A stretch of DNA of 63,998 nt, the filler included, from Rhizaria sp. SCN 62-66 (Eukaryota), in NCBI GenBank assembly GCA_001724265.1. It is 4 parts of 4 records of this genome, joined end to end, with 100 filler letters (N's around TTAATTAATTAA, not from the genome) between each part and the next. Parts side by side here need not be neighbours in the genome. Positions count along the whole stretch, not along the records: positions 13,704 to 39,433 come from MEDY01000525.1; 3 more parts are not named here. One strand, 5' to 3'. The first letter of the stretch is position 1. Each line of letters opens with the position of its first letter. Positions 24,842-36,175 of the stretch are shown one piece after another. The notes under the pieces were generated by a model. That model searched no databases. It was given only the letters and a program-made list of their open reading frames with translations, and was not told the origin of the DNA. Position numbers and translations under genes: made by a program.

Positions 24842-25310
24842 AATCACGTGAAATTACTCAATAATACATTTGCCTTTTGGAATCACTCACTTACGGTATA
24901 CTAATACATGTACTTAGTAAGCTTACTAGTGTACAACTAGTACGAAGTACATGTACTAGTACACGTACATGTATAGTCATATTTCGCTTCGATAATCAGA
25001 ACTCGAGAGTTCCGAAAAACATGACACTAACGTAGGTAAAACAACAATCCAAGATTTTCTCAACATCCACGAAAAGCTTGCTTTGTTTTTCGTCCAAGAA
25101 AACTCTCGAATCGTTGTAAGCCTTTTCTCGTCAGATACTTTGTTACTTTTACTCTTATTATTGACAGTCGATATACATTTCACAAGTGTTTTATAATAAC
25201 ATTTTTATTATACTGTATGCAACATCCCTCTTCAATTAGCTCCTCAACTCCCGTTCACAACCTCACGCTTGTTTTGCTACGATCTAGCTACTGGCAAAGC
25301 TGTACTTTGT

Positions 25311-28300
25311 ATGAGTGATACGGAGAGGCATCTCAAGGAGCTCCTTGACAAGGAGGCAGGCGAACAACAACAACAACAACAACAGCAGCAGCAACAACAA
25401 CAACAACGCCTCGATGCAGCAGCTCAGGTGGAGCTGGCGGAGCCTTCGGCACTCTCGACTGCCATCACAAGCTCCTCAACACGGACAGCCCCGCTTACGC
25501 CTGCAGCGACAATACAAAGCTTGCAAGATTCCAGCAATGCCGCGCATGATGAGCTATCCCGCCTCTTGGCTGAGGCCCAGAGGACAACTGAGAGCCACGC
25601 AGACGCAACATCAACGACAAACACTGTGGGAGCTAATCCAGTAACCACTCCAGCTGCTGCTACTGCTGCTGCTGCAACTAGCACTCAGGCTGCTGCTGAT
25701 GCAAGTGTTGCATCAATGGACGTTCCAGGTGCTATGTCTTCCGGGGCAGAACTGTCTCTTTTGCGGTTGCGTGCTAAGATGATTGAGACATCGCAAGCTT
25801 TTCTCTCGCTGTGTCAGCAGTTAGCTGTCGCTGATGAAGCTTTAGATCATGCAGTGTCGCATTTCAATTCGCAAGACTCAAGCAAGGCACATTTACACCA
25901 CGCTGATCCCAAGCATGTTAAACATCTCGAGCTTGTTGCATATAATATCAGCAAGAACCTGACGCGTGCGGCGCCTCAAGCAAAGAAAGCACTTGTTGCG
26001 TATAATTCGGCTGTAGCTGATGCATCTGCAGTTGCGCAACCTGCTGCGCCGGCAACCACGGCAAACGCAGCTTTTCGAAGTATACCGGTCACTGTTGCCC
26101 TGGATACTGCTCAGATCGCCCGTACAGCGGACAAAAACTCTGTAACTGCTTTCTCTCTTCAGCAGTTATATTCGGATATGATCGAAACAGAGATAGCGGC
26201 ATTCGCAGTGCGTCAACAAGAAGCTATTGCGAGTAAAATTCTTCGCATCGCAGTGACGTGTGACGCATCAACAGACGACATCAATGCAAAACAAGAGCGT
26301 TTCATGATTGCGTTCCGCAACATCACTTTTAAGAAGAGCATTGCTGTGAGTCTTGCCAAAATGGCGCGTGCTGTATACAACTTGGCGACTACTATGGTTG
26401 GCAACTCTGTGAATTCTACTGCTTCTCCTGCATTAGTAGATGTGGTTGTAACCATCGTTGCTGCTCCAACCATTGCTTCTGCGGTGACTTTCGAATCCGA
26501 GTCTGCTTCAAGTTTGCTCTTGAAGCTGCGTCAGGCAGATGCAGAGTTTCTGACTCTGCTTCAGCAAGCATCTAACTTGCAAACAGATCTTCTTGATGCA
26601 AGGGTTCGCTCTCAGTCCCAAGACACGCACGATGAGACTGGGACTCTGAAGAGTGGGGCACACAGTCTCTGCGCGAAGATGATTACTTCTATGGGACAAA
26701 CAAAATGTTTGCTTGCTGCATACGACCTTGCTCTCGCTGATGCTGCTGATGCTGCTACTGCTGCTGATACTGTTAATGCTGATGATGATGCTGCTACTGC
26801 TGCTGATACTGTTAATGCTGATGATGATGCTGCTATGATGATGATGCTGCTACTGCTGCTGATACTGTTAATGCTGATGATGATGCTGCTACTGCTGCTG
26901 ATGATAATGCTGATAATAATGCTGATAATAATGCTGATGATAATGCTGATGATAGTGCTGATGCTGCTGTTAGTGTCCCTTATCCTACTGAGAACTCTGA
27001 TGATACAGCAGCGTCAACAACCACGGCCCTTGAACATCTGTGTGCGGAGTTGACTGATGTAGAGAAAACGTCCCGCACTATCCGCCAACAAGTATCTATT
27101 GCTTATGCAGCTCTTCTTAAAGCGAGGGTGTGTTCCCAGTCACAAGATCTTAATGTCGCGCAGCATCAGCGTGATCAAATCGAGCTTCTTGAGAGCACGC
27201 TCCGTGACCTATGCATCAAGGCGAATTTAAACAAAGACCTCGCCAAACGGTTGCTTAATGCGTACAACCCGGCTACTGATGCTGTTGCCAATGAAACCTC
27301 TCATATCGATGTAAACGGTCTTGCAAATACTGTGGTGAACATTGCCATGCAGGTGCAAATGCTGTGCAGCCAGGCTGCTGTACCGCCTATCGCTGTTACT
27401 ACTTCCCCGAGTGTCTATGCTGCCAGCACGATTGCTGCTACTGCTAAATCCGATGTTTCTGCCACTGCGCCAACGGTCGCACATGTAACTCTTAAGCAGT
27501 TGCAAGCTGAGGTGACCAAGACAGAACAAGTCGCTTGTGCGTGGCGCCAACAGACTGTTTCCGCTAACGCGGCAGTTCTTCTTGGTGAAAAGCTTTGTAC
27601 TCAGTTGCAAAACCCGGACAAGGCGGAGCAACAGCGCACTAAAACTGAGCGTCTCAGGATTGCGCTTAACACCGCTACTTTCCAGTCCGAAACTGCGGCG
27701 TATCTTGCATCAGCGGCGCGTGCGTTGTACAACTTGGCTTCTACTGTAAGGACAATTGCTGGGGTTATGACTGATAATCCGATCCCTGATGCAGTCGTTG
27801 CAACAACTGTTGTGCCAACCTCTGAATATTTGCGGAAACCTGTATCTATCGGACAACTACGTTCGAACAGGCTCAAGACAAACGCACATTTGAAAAAGCT
27901 TTGTTGTCAGGCAGTTCACACTCAAAGTCTTCTCGAAAAAATAGCAAGCTCCCCGAAGACGCAAAATAACGAGCGCGAGATGATTGCGGCTCGCAATCTC
28001 TGCACGAATATGTTTTCTGTCATGGATCAAGCAAAATATTAGCTCAGCACGAACGACGTAGCTGTTGCTACGTTTGCCTCAGTTTCCTTTCCTGCCATTG
28101 TTGCAACTGCAACAAGTGCGTTCTTTAAGCAGCTGCCCTATGATATGACCAGGACAAAAGAAACGTATCTCGCAATGCACAAGAAGGCAGTTGTTGCAAC
28201 TGCAACAAGTGCGTTCCTTAAGCAGCTGCCTTATGATATGATCAGGACAAAAGAAACGTATCTCGCAATGCACAAGAAGGCAGTTACAGCTCTCGCGGCT

Positions 28301-30796
28301 CTTGATGAAGCGAGGGCTCGTCCACTGTCGCATAACCCACGCAAGGCACAGCAACAGTGGAGTGAGATTGAGTGTCTTTTGGACGTTGTTCGTGATCTTG
28401 GTAGGGAGGTAGCGACTGCCTTTGATCTTGCTCAAGAGGCGTGCAGCGCGTACAAGGCTGAGATTTGTTCTTCTAGTTCTAGCGTGTCTTCTCCAAACAC
28501 GCCCCTTGAAAATGCGCGTGCGGAGATGACGAAGACCAAGAGCGCTGTCAACGCACTCGATCTTCGGCGGGCTATAATCATGAGGGATTTGCGTGCCGCA
28601 CAGGACCGGTCTTTTTCACAAGACATCTCCGAAGCTCTGCAACAGCGCATGAAGTTCGAGAATCTTAAGAGTGCGGAGCGTGACATTGACGCCAAGATTA
28701 TATCAGCCACATCCTGTGCCAAGACAGCATTCTATATCTTCAACTTGATTGCAGCAGCTACAACAGCAGATATTGCGATGTCTCTCTCCAAGAACTTGTC
28801 TGCTGGCACCGTTGCACCTGTCAGCACAGATGTCCCATCGTGCGTCTCTGCGGGTTTATTGTCGTCCCCCTGGGTATCAAATAGTAATTACATTGCACAG
28901 CTTACCACAACAATTTCTAAAACGCGGGAGAGCACTGACGAGATCATTGAAGAAACGAATATAGCAATCAGTAAGCTGATAAAGGCACGGACATTGAAGA
29001 AGCCTAAACTTCATAATGAAGCGCAGGTTGCTCAAGCACGCACAAACAAGCTTGAACAGAATGTGAAACAACTCTGCAAGCATGCAGCACAAGCGGGCAG
29101 AAAACTAAAGAGTCTGGTCCAGAAGTACAACATGGTGGCAACTAAACTGGCTACTTATCAGCGGTCTGCAGCGTCATACGTCTCAATTGAATCTAAAACC
29201 ACCCGCAATGACGTGATCAACACAAAGGCGAATAACTGTAACCCAGAGGATAATCGTTCTGACAATTACAACGCTGACAACAACAAGGATCATGATGAAA
29301 ACAGCCAAAGCAACAACAACAACAACAATAGTAACGATAGCGACTGCAACGGCGCTGCCGAGCTTTCCAACAGCGATGATGACTCCGACTATGACGATCA
29401 CGATGATGAAAACAACAGCACGTCCATCGCAGACCAGATGAATCTCGCATGGGAGTTCTACTCAGCTACACTGCCGCGCTATGACTGTACCTGTGCGCCC
29501 TGCACTGACAGCGACTGTACGTGCGGGGCGCGGCGCTGCGTGGACGGCGTCAAGTGCGACTGTGCCGACGTGCCCGAGTGGTACCACAACCTGTTTGTGC
29601 AACGGCCCAATGTCTTACGCCGTGTACGCTGTCTTCTGAGGCGCGCAAACGTGTCGTCCTCGAATGCGGTAACCGATATTACGCCCTCGTTCTGTTCTGA
29701 TGCTGCCGATGCAAGCACAATTTTTGCTGCTTTTACGCATGTGCCGCTGCATCAGGTTCGTGTAGTTGTCCTTGGTCAAGACCCTCTGCCGCGCGAGAGC
29801 GGTGCGAACGGTTACGCATTTTGCTCGGACTGCGACAGCGTTGACAGCACGCATGACACCGTAGCTATCGTGCTGCAAGAGATGTACAACTGCACTGGTG
29901 ATGACATCCCAAAAGCTCACAATAGGCTTGATCAGACAAGGAACCCGCTATCCCGCATCATCAACTGCAATGACACAATGCCTCTGTCTAAACATGGCCA
30001 GTTTCTTGCCGAACAGGGCGTGTTGCTGCTACAGTCAGCGCTGACGCACGCAAACGGTGACTTACGCTCGCACTTGCACGCATGGCATCCGTTCACGTGC
30101 GCCATTCTGCGGCTCATTGCGCGCACAAACCCCAACGTAATTGTCGTGGCTCTGGGCGATATTGCGCGCGACATAGTCGTAACGTCGTTACACGGCGTCA
30201 GCGACTCGCTGCTGTGCGACTTCCGCTCTCAACGCGCCGCACACGAGATGGACATGGATATTTACACCGGTAAGTGCGACGAGTACGGGGTGTTGAACGA
30301 CAATGTCGATGCCAACGCAGTTCGTAGTGGCAGTAAGTCCGTGTTGCTGCCAGTGGATCAGGTCATTTTAGCCGGCAACCCATCTTCCAGCAACGATGAC
30401 CTCCGCACACCCGGCGCGCAGCACCAGTTCATCGGATCCGATGTCTACCGAAAGGTAAACCACCTCCTGACAGCACGCGGCAAGCACCCTGTACGCTGGC
30501 TGCCGGCTGAATGGCTTGGTCAACCGACTGATAGCCTTGGGTCAGAGTCAATGTCACAAGCTGATTCTGAGCAAGAGCAAGCTTTGAAGTCGCGTGACAA
30601 AAAAAAGCGGCGTCCGCGCAGGCGTCCGCGCATGCGTTCGAAGAAGACCGATGGCGATGCTGACCTGAATCAGGGCGAGTGCGCCAACGGCAATGACAAC
30701 ACGTTGACATATCAACAAAATGACTGCGCTGTCGAAGAAACTGGGGAGGAAGATATGTCGGAAGAAGAGGATAGCAATGTAAATAAGTCAAACTGA
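25311..30796 (+). CDS. Helical-repeat + Cys-rich + divergent uracil-DNA glycosylase fusion (~1830 aa); frameshift ~26835, in-frame TAG 28040-28042
   Basis: Three ORFs join into one: frame change inside a tandem repeat, then the same frame across the TAG. The C-terminal domain has family-1 UNG landmarks IFAAF..VRVVVLGQDP, ANGYAFC, LAEQGVLLL, H..AW..FT, FIGSDVYRKVNHLL..GKHPVRW. Confidence 0.75.
26737..26968 (+). repeat. 39-bp tandem repeat (ADDDAATAADTVN) decaying into GCTGATAATAAT units; contains the frameshift
   Basis: GCTGATGATGATGCTGCTACTGCTGCTGATACTGTTAAT repeated; one unit is truncated at about 26835. Confidence 0.85.
28098..28285 (+). repeat. 93-bp in-frame tandem duplication (2 copies, 3 mismatches)
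   Basis: TTGTTGCAACTGCAACAAGTGCG...CACAAGAAGGCAG starts at 28098 and again at 28191. Confidence 0.92.
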
Positions 30797-31399
30797 CGAT
30801 GGCTCTAATTGTACTACGTACCATATTGCTGCGTTTAGACGAGAGCAGTGGAACAATGATATGCGCGAAGGCGCAACAAAGAAAATTATGATGACGAAGA
30901 TTCGATGAAAGCAAGAGTAATAACGAACATTCTGAGGTTAAGAAGGCTCAGGGGACTGGGCTGTCAGGTACCCGTCAGTGTAATAAAAATTGTAACGGAG
31001 TATACATGTACGTACATGTACAAAATTTAAAAAAAAAATAGCTACAGATAAGGAGGTCACATAATGTTTAAAGTCGAATGATGACTCCAACGAGTACAAT
31101 ATACAAGTATGAATCCACGACTGCAATACGTATTGATACATGAGATGAGTGCTGCGACGCGAGCGCTTCGCGCATCACTGCGAAGTGGAGCTGCTGCACG
31201 CGTGCACTTTCGCGATGGCTTAAAATGCTCAAATATATAGGCTTGCTAAGAGGAGTTTCACCCCTACATATCACGATCCAGAGATGCTTTAATTTAAAAC
31301 AAATCGGTTTCATGGTGGGTATGATGAATTCTACTATTTTCGCTCAACTTGATATATTCCCCCAATTGTGAGATCTATTATAGATGGGAGGACGCTTGT

Positions 31400-31900
31400 C
31401 ACCTGAAGAGGGAGACTTTAAGTTGGCGCGCGATGCGACGGACACCACGACCAGCGCGGCGGAGAGCACTGTCAAGGCTACAGCCGCCCGTGCCAGCCGG
31501 TGATAGATCGTCGTCGTCTGGAGGAGTTCGCTGCTACCGTGTTCCGTCAGAAGCGTCTGGCCTTCGCCAAGAAGTACCGCACTCACAACTGGAGCAAGAC
31601 CATATTCACCGACGAGAAGGTCTTGAGGATTGGCCGCCGTGGCGCCGCCGTTCACTACCGTATTGGCGAGTTGCCGGTCATGGAGGTCAGCGACTGCGGT
31701 GGCGCGGTCGCGCATCTGCAAGACGCGGCGAATCGCCCCATGTCTCCGAGGGGGCGTCATCCGGCAAGACAACGCTCGGTGCCATGTGGCTCGGGAATCC
31801 TCGGCTGCCTTAAGCGCCGTCGCTCAACGTGCTGCCCAACCGGCCCGCCCAAGAACCAGTTCCTCCAGGAAGAGGAATCCTTCACATGACATGACTGGTT
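31400..31900 (+). mobile_element. Degenerate Tc1/mariner (DDE) transposase remnant
   Basis: QKRLAFAKKYRTHNWSKTIFTDEK (first catalytic Asp block) and, in another frame, GVIRQDNARCH (second Asp block); frameshifted and internally deleted. Confidence 0.85.
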
Positions 31901-32487
31901 GAGGGCTACTAATCGCGGTAAATTTATAATTGTCAAATAAAATAAAATAATATAAATATGATATATTTCATTAATAAATTATGCCTTCATTTTATGAAAA
32001 CTAAAATTACATTTTATGGAAAAGACTTTGATACTAGTTAAAATGTTTAATAAATAATTTAAGTATTCTTTAATAAAATATAATATTTTTTTGTCGCCAC
32101 AAGCAGTATATTTTCAGACAGCTATAACTCAAAATTGAAAACGGTCAGAAAAAGGCAATTAAACATATTAAACACGCTAATGTACAATAAATTATTAAAA
32201 AAGGTTTATATTTGTATTTATTTGCATTTATCTAAATATATCACTATACAATTATCAATAATCAAAGTATTCTAAAAATAAAAATGATTTTATGTATATT
32301 ATATGATTTCATAAAAATGGTATATTTACTACATGTTGAAACCGTATTTTGATCTCCTCGCTGCACTTAAACACGACAATCGAGAGTTGGTGACTGCGAG
32401 CCTGAAGACGTCAAGACCCGAAGACCGGCGGAGAAATTGAGCTGATCATCCTGCGCGAAGGAGTTCATGGATTGTCTAAGCGATATA

Positions 32488-33177
32488 ATGTCTCAAAGTA
32501 AGGCTTCTAAGTGTATTACTCTGTTTGTTATGTTGCCTGTTGCGTTTTGTAGATATGCTGACTTCGCTCGTCCGCGCTCGCCGCGTTGTTGCCGCTACTG
32601 GTTCCGCGTTCGCCGCCGCCGCCGTCACTGTTCCCTCCCGGTACGCTCTTTTTCGTGTGTGTGACTATATATTACGTATCTCTGTTTACATTACGGGATT
32701 TTCTTACTCCTGCCTCTGCGACTCTCCCCGTTTGTCCTCTCCGCAGCGCTTCTTCATTCGAGGTCAAGACTATCACCCCCGGTGATGGCAAGAACTTTCC
32801 TAAGGTACGGTGATTTTCACCTCCCTGGGTTTCTTAACATCAGGTTCATTGTTGGAAAGCCACTCTTGCTCATGCTATCCTTATTTCTTTCTGCCCTTTT
32901 ACAGTCTGGTGACAAGGTCACCGTCCACTACACTGGCACCCTGACCAACGGCACTAAGTTCGACTCTTCCCGCGACCGCAACCAGCCCTTCGTCTTCACC
33001 ATCGGCCGGGGCCAGGTCATCCGCGGCTGGGATGAGGGCGTTGCCAAGCTTTCTGTCGGCGAGCGCGCTACCATCGTGTGCCCCCCCGAGTACGCCTACG
33101 GCCCCCGCGGCATCGGTGGCGTCATCCCTCCCAACGCCACCCTCAACTTCGACGTCGAACTCCTCAAGATCAACTAA
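32488..33177 (+). CDS. FKBP1: FKBP12-type peptidyl-prolyl isomerase with N-terminal presequence; exons 32488-32497 (tentative), 32553-32640, 32747-32804, 32905-33177
   Basis: [68 protein letters not shown]; all introns phase-compatible; TAA. Confidence 0.93.
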
Positions 33178-33750
33178 GCGCGCTACTCCCAGCATCTGCA
33201 ACGAAGCGACTCGTGTTTATCTATTCACTGCCAAACAGCGGGCGCGCGCGGCGGCTGTGGCGGCTCTCTGCAGCCCGCCACGTTGAGTCGCGTGTCCCTA
33301 GAGAAAGGCTCGTTGACAATACATTATGCAATCCTTGCCTTGAGCTTTCACATCTTCCACGCCTGATACGTGTCACCCTTTTCTGAATTGAACTCGGTCA
33401 TTAATTCATTCAGATTCGAGCTTTTCTTCTTACGGGCGCGTTTAGCGTGTTTGCATTGTCAGCATACGTAGCTTCTAGCCGTTCGTTCTCATCATTTTTC
33501 AGCAGCAAAGAAAGTTGGTCTCAATATCAAGAGCTATCCCGAACCACACTTTCCGTCTACGACATTCCCAACATGATATGAGACGTCTAAGTTTATATTA
33601 TATTTGTTTTTGTTTTTATTTTTCCGTTAGTGCTTTTTGGCGCACAGGAGCGCTGTCTATATTCTCGGAGACGACGACACTCTTAACACCTCTGAGCATC
33701 ACTTTATATCGCTCCTCGGAGAGCTTCCATCCAACTTTCACAGTCTTTGA

Positions 33751-34585
33751 ATGAGCTCTGGACCCGAGCCTGTTCCTAACAGCAGTGGCGCTGCGCCGTC
33801 AGGCCAAAACAACGAAGATGACGTACGTTACATCCCTACATCTCTCGTCGCATTAGAGTGCTCACCGTTCCCCGTTCTCACTCATCTCACGCTTCGCAAT
33901 CTCATTTGCTTTCTTTTGCATTATAGCTTATCGCCGGGCTGAAGGGTCTTTCCGTGCCCGCCAGGACGCCCGCCGCAGATGCCGACGCCGCGCTGTATGC
34001 GCGTCTGTGCGCGCTCCGTGGCGTCGACCCATCGAAGCCCAATGCCGCCGCGCGCCCCAAGCCTTCCGCAACCGACGCTGCCTCTGTCTCGGCTGCTACC
34101 GATTCCACTGCTGCGGCTGCGCCGTCTGCCGCACATGCCCTGCTGGCAGCCATGCGTGCTGGCGGCGGCGGCAATGGAGGTGTTGACAACGATGACGATG
34201 ATGATTCGTGGTGGCAGCAGCGACAAGGCAGCAGCAGCAGTATGAATCTTGGCTCTGGCTCTGGCTCTGGTTCTGGCTCTCTTGCAGCTGAGACTGCTGC
34301 CGCAGCGGACGCTGTTGTTGCCTCAGCCTCGGCCGACGCCGCCACCGCGTTGGCCGCCGCGCGCGCTGCGCTGCAGTCTCAGCCACATCAGAACGCCAAT
34401 CTCGCTGGCTTTGGCGCCCTCGACGACAACAGCGACGGCGACGTTGACGCTGATGGAGACGCAGAAGAGGACGGCGATGCAGAGGGTGAGTGGCTATGGG
34501 GAGCTGACTCGGCCGACGCGTTGGTGGCGGCGTTGCAGAGGCAAAATGACAAGAAGAAACAACAAACACACGAGCAGGCATTGCA

Positions 34586-34675
<90 letters not shown>

Positions 34676-35259
34676 CAGCCTAAGACACAACCGCAGCCGC
34701 AGAAGGCTGACGAGAGTGATCTGGCAATGCAGCGGCGTATGTTTATGCTCGGTGCGAACGACGACGCCCATAGTAAGGGGGCGGGCGGCGGCGGCGATGA
34801 CGACGAAGTTGCGCGGCTGATTGCCCAGACCTACGAGTTGGCCATGCTCGAGCGCCATAATAAAGAGGCGGGGGTCGTGTCCCAAGGCAGCGAGGCGCGT
34901 CGCGGTGCAGGCAACAAAGGTCCCAACAAGGACAACAATGACTACGACAGCGATGACAGCGATGATGGCACTGACAGCGGCAGCAGCGGCGACAGCGGCA
35001 GCGACAGCGAGGGCAGCCGCCGCCGTCGCCACTACCGGCGCCACCGTCGGTCGGCTCGCGCTCACAGCCGCGGCCGTGGTCGCAGTGACGCCGCCAAGAG
35101 CAACGACGCCGCCGCCAAGAGCAGTGCCGCCGCCCAGAGCAGTGCCGCCGCCCCAGCTCTGACTCAGGCTCAGGCCCAGGTCCAGGCCCGCGGCTCCCGC
35201 GCCCCAGCGCTGTCCTCCGTCTGCCTCCCCGGCCTCGAGCCCGAGCCTCCCGTCCATAC

Positions 35260-35292
<33 letters not shown>

Positions 35293-35503
35293 TCAGCAAC
35301 ATCAGCAACATCAGCAACATCAGCAACATCAGCAGCAGCCTCAGCTGCCTGCTGAGGCGCAGGCGCTGTTGGCGGCGCGGGATCTGGCCCGGCTCGAGCG
35401 CGACACGGCGGCGCTGCAGCTGCGCCTCGCCAGGGCCGCGAGGGGCGGCGGCGGCGGCGGCGGGCATGCGAGGCACGGACAGCAGGGGCAGCAGGGGCAG
35501 TGA
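33751..35503 (+). CDS. Hypothetical polyQ/acidic protein; exons 33751-33822, 33927-35503, with a 1-nt frameshift at ~34675
   Basis: Phase-0 GTACGT..TAG intron. After the CAG run the sensible reading (QPKTQPQPQKADESDLAMQRRMFML) is in a shifted frame that leads into ORF 34727-35503. Confidence 0.65.
34584..34675 (+). repeat. (CAG)n microsatellite, about 30 Gln codons
   Basis: Directly visible. Confidence 0.95.
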
Positions 35504-36175
35504 GGGGCAGTGAACGCAGACGCTGCTATTGTCACACTTAAAGCTGTATCGCATTGAAGCAGTTGTGGTTGACGCTATATAGCATTTATTTAGGCTGCAT
35601 TTTAGGCCTGTGAACATATTTGAAATTAATACATGCGTTTTTCCCTGTTTATTGGTGATGACACATAGTTTAAACTTTACAGTGCACGATCAACAATGTT
35701 CTGTATGTACTTGGTTGCTGAGTGATTCAAGATGTGATGCATTAGCAAGGTGTTATTTTATTTAAATTTAGTGATGTTACGAATACGACAACATCTAAAA
35801 TAGGGAGACATGCAATCTTGTTGAACCATGAACATGCTTGTCCCATACGCATCAGGTGAAGCAGCACGCCTCTAACACTGTGCAGTTGCTGATATAATAC
35901 TCATCTGACAGCCACAGCAATGTTGTTACTGAATATCAATTTAATATCACGACTCGCTTTCTATATCTGAAGTCCTCGGCCGTCTCCTAGTTCTAGTGTA
36001 CTCACAGAAGGCTCGCTGACATCCACGATACCCGGTTAGTGTGCGTTGTTTTACTTTGAATCATTTCTTGTACTTGTTTGAGATTGTTTTTCATTATCGA
36101 CTCTTAATTATCTTCAACGAATTGACTTCTTCCAAGTCCCCTCGACTCTTCACTAACTGAAGCTTCACGAAATGT

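Noticed and set aside
26835-27053. Met/Leu-rich hydrophobic tail of ORF 25269-27053 as a transmembrane anchor
   Set aside because: Out-of-frame reading of the GCT/GAT repeat after the frameshift.
26737-28285. Tandem repeats as a CRISPR-like array
   Set aside because: No unique spacers; the repeats are coding, contiguous and 3n in length, in a eukaryotic context.
34670-34680. Programmed frameshift after the CAG run
   Set aside because: A one-base loss at the edge of a long microsatellite is most simply a sequencing or assembly error; no slippery heptamer is present.
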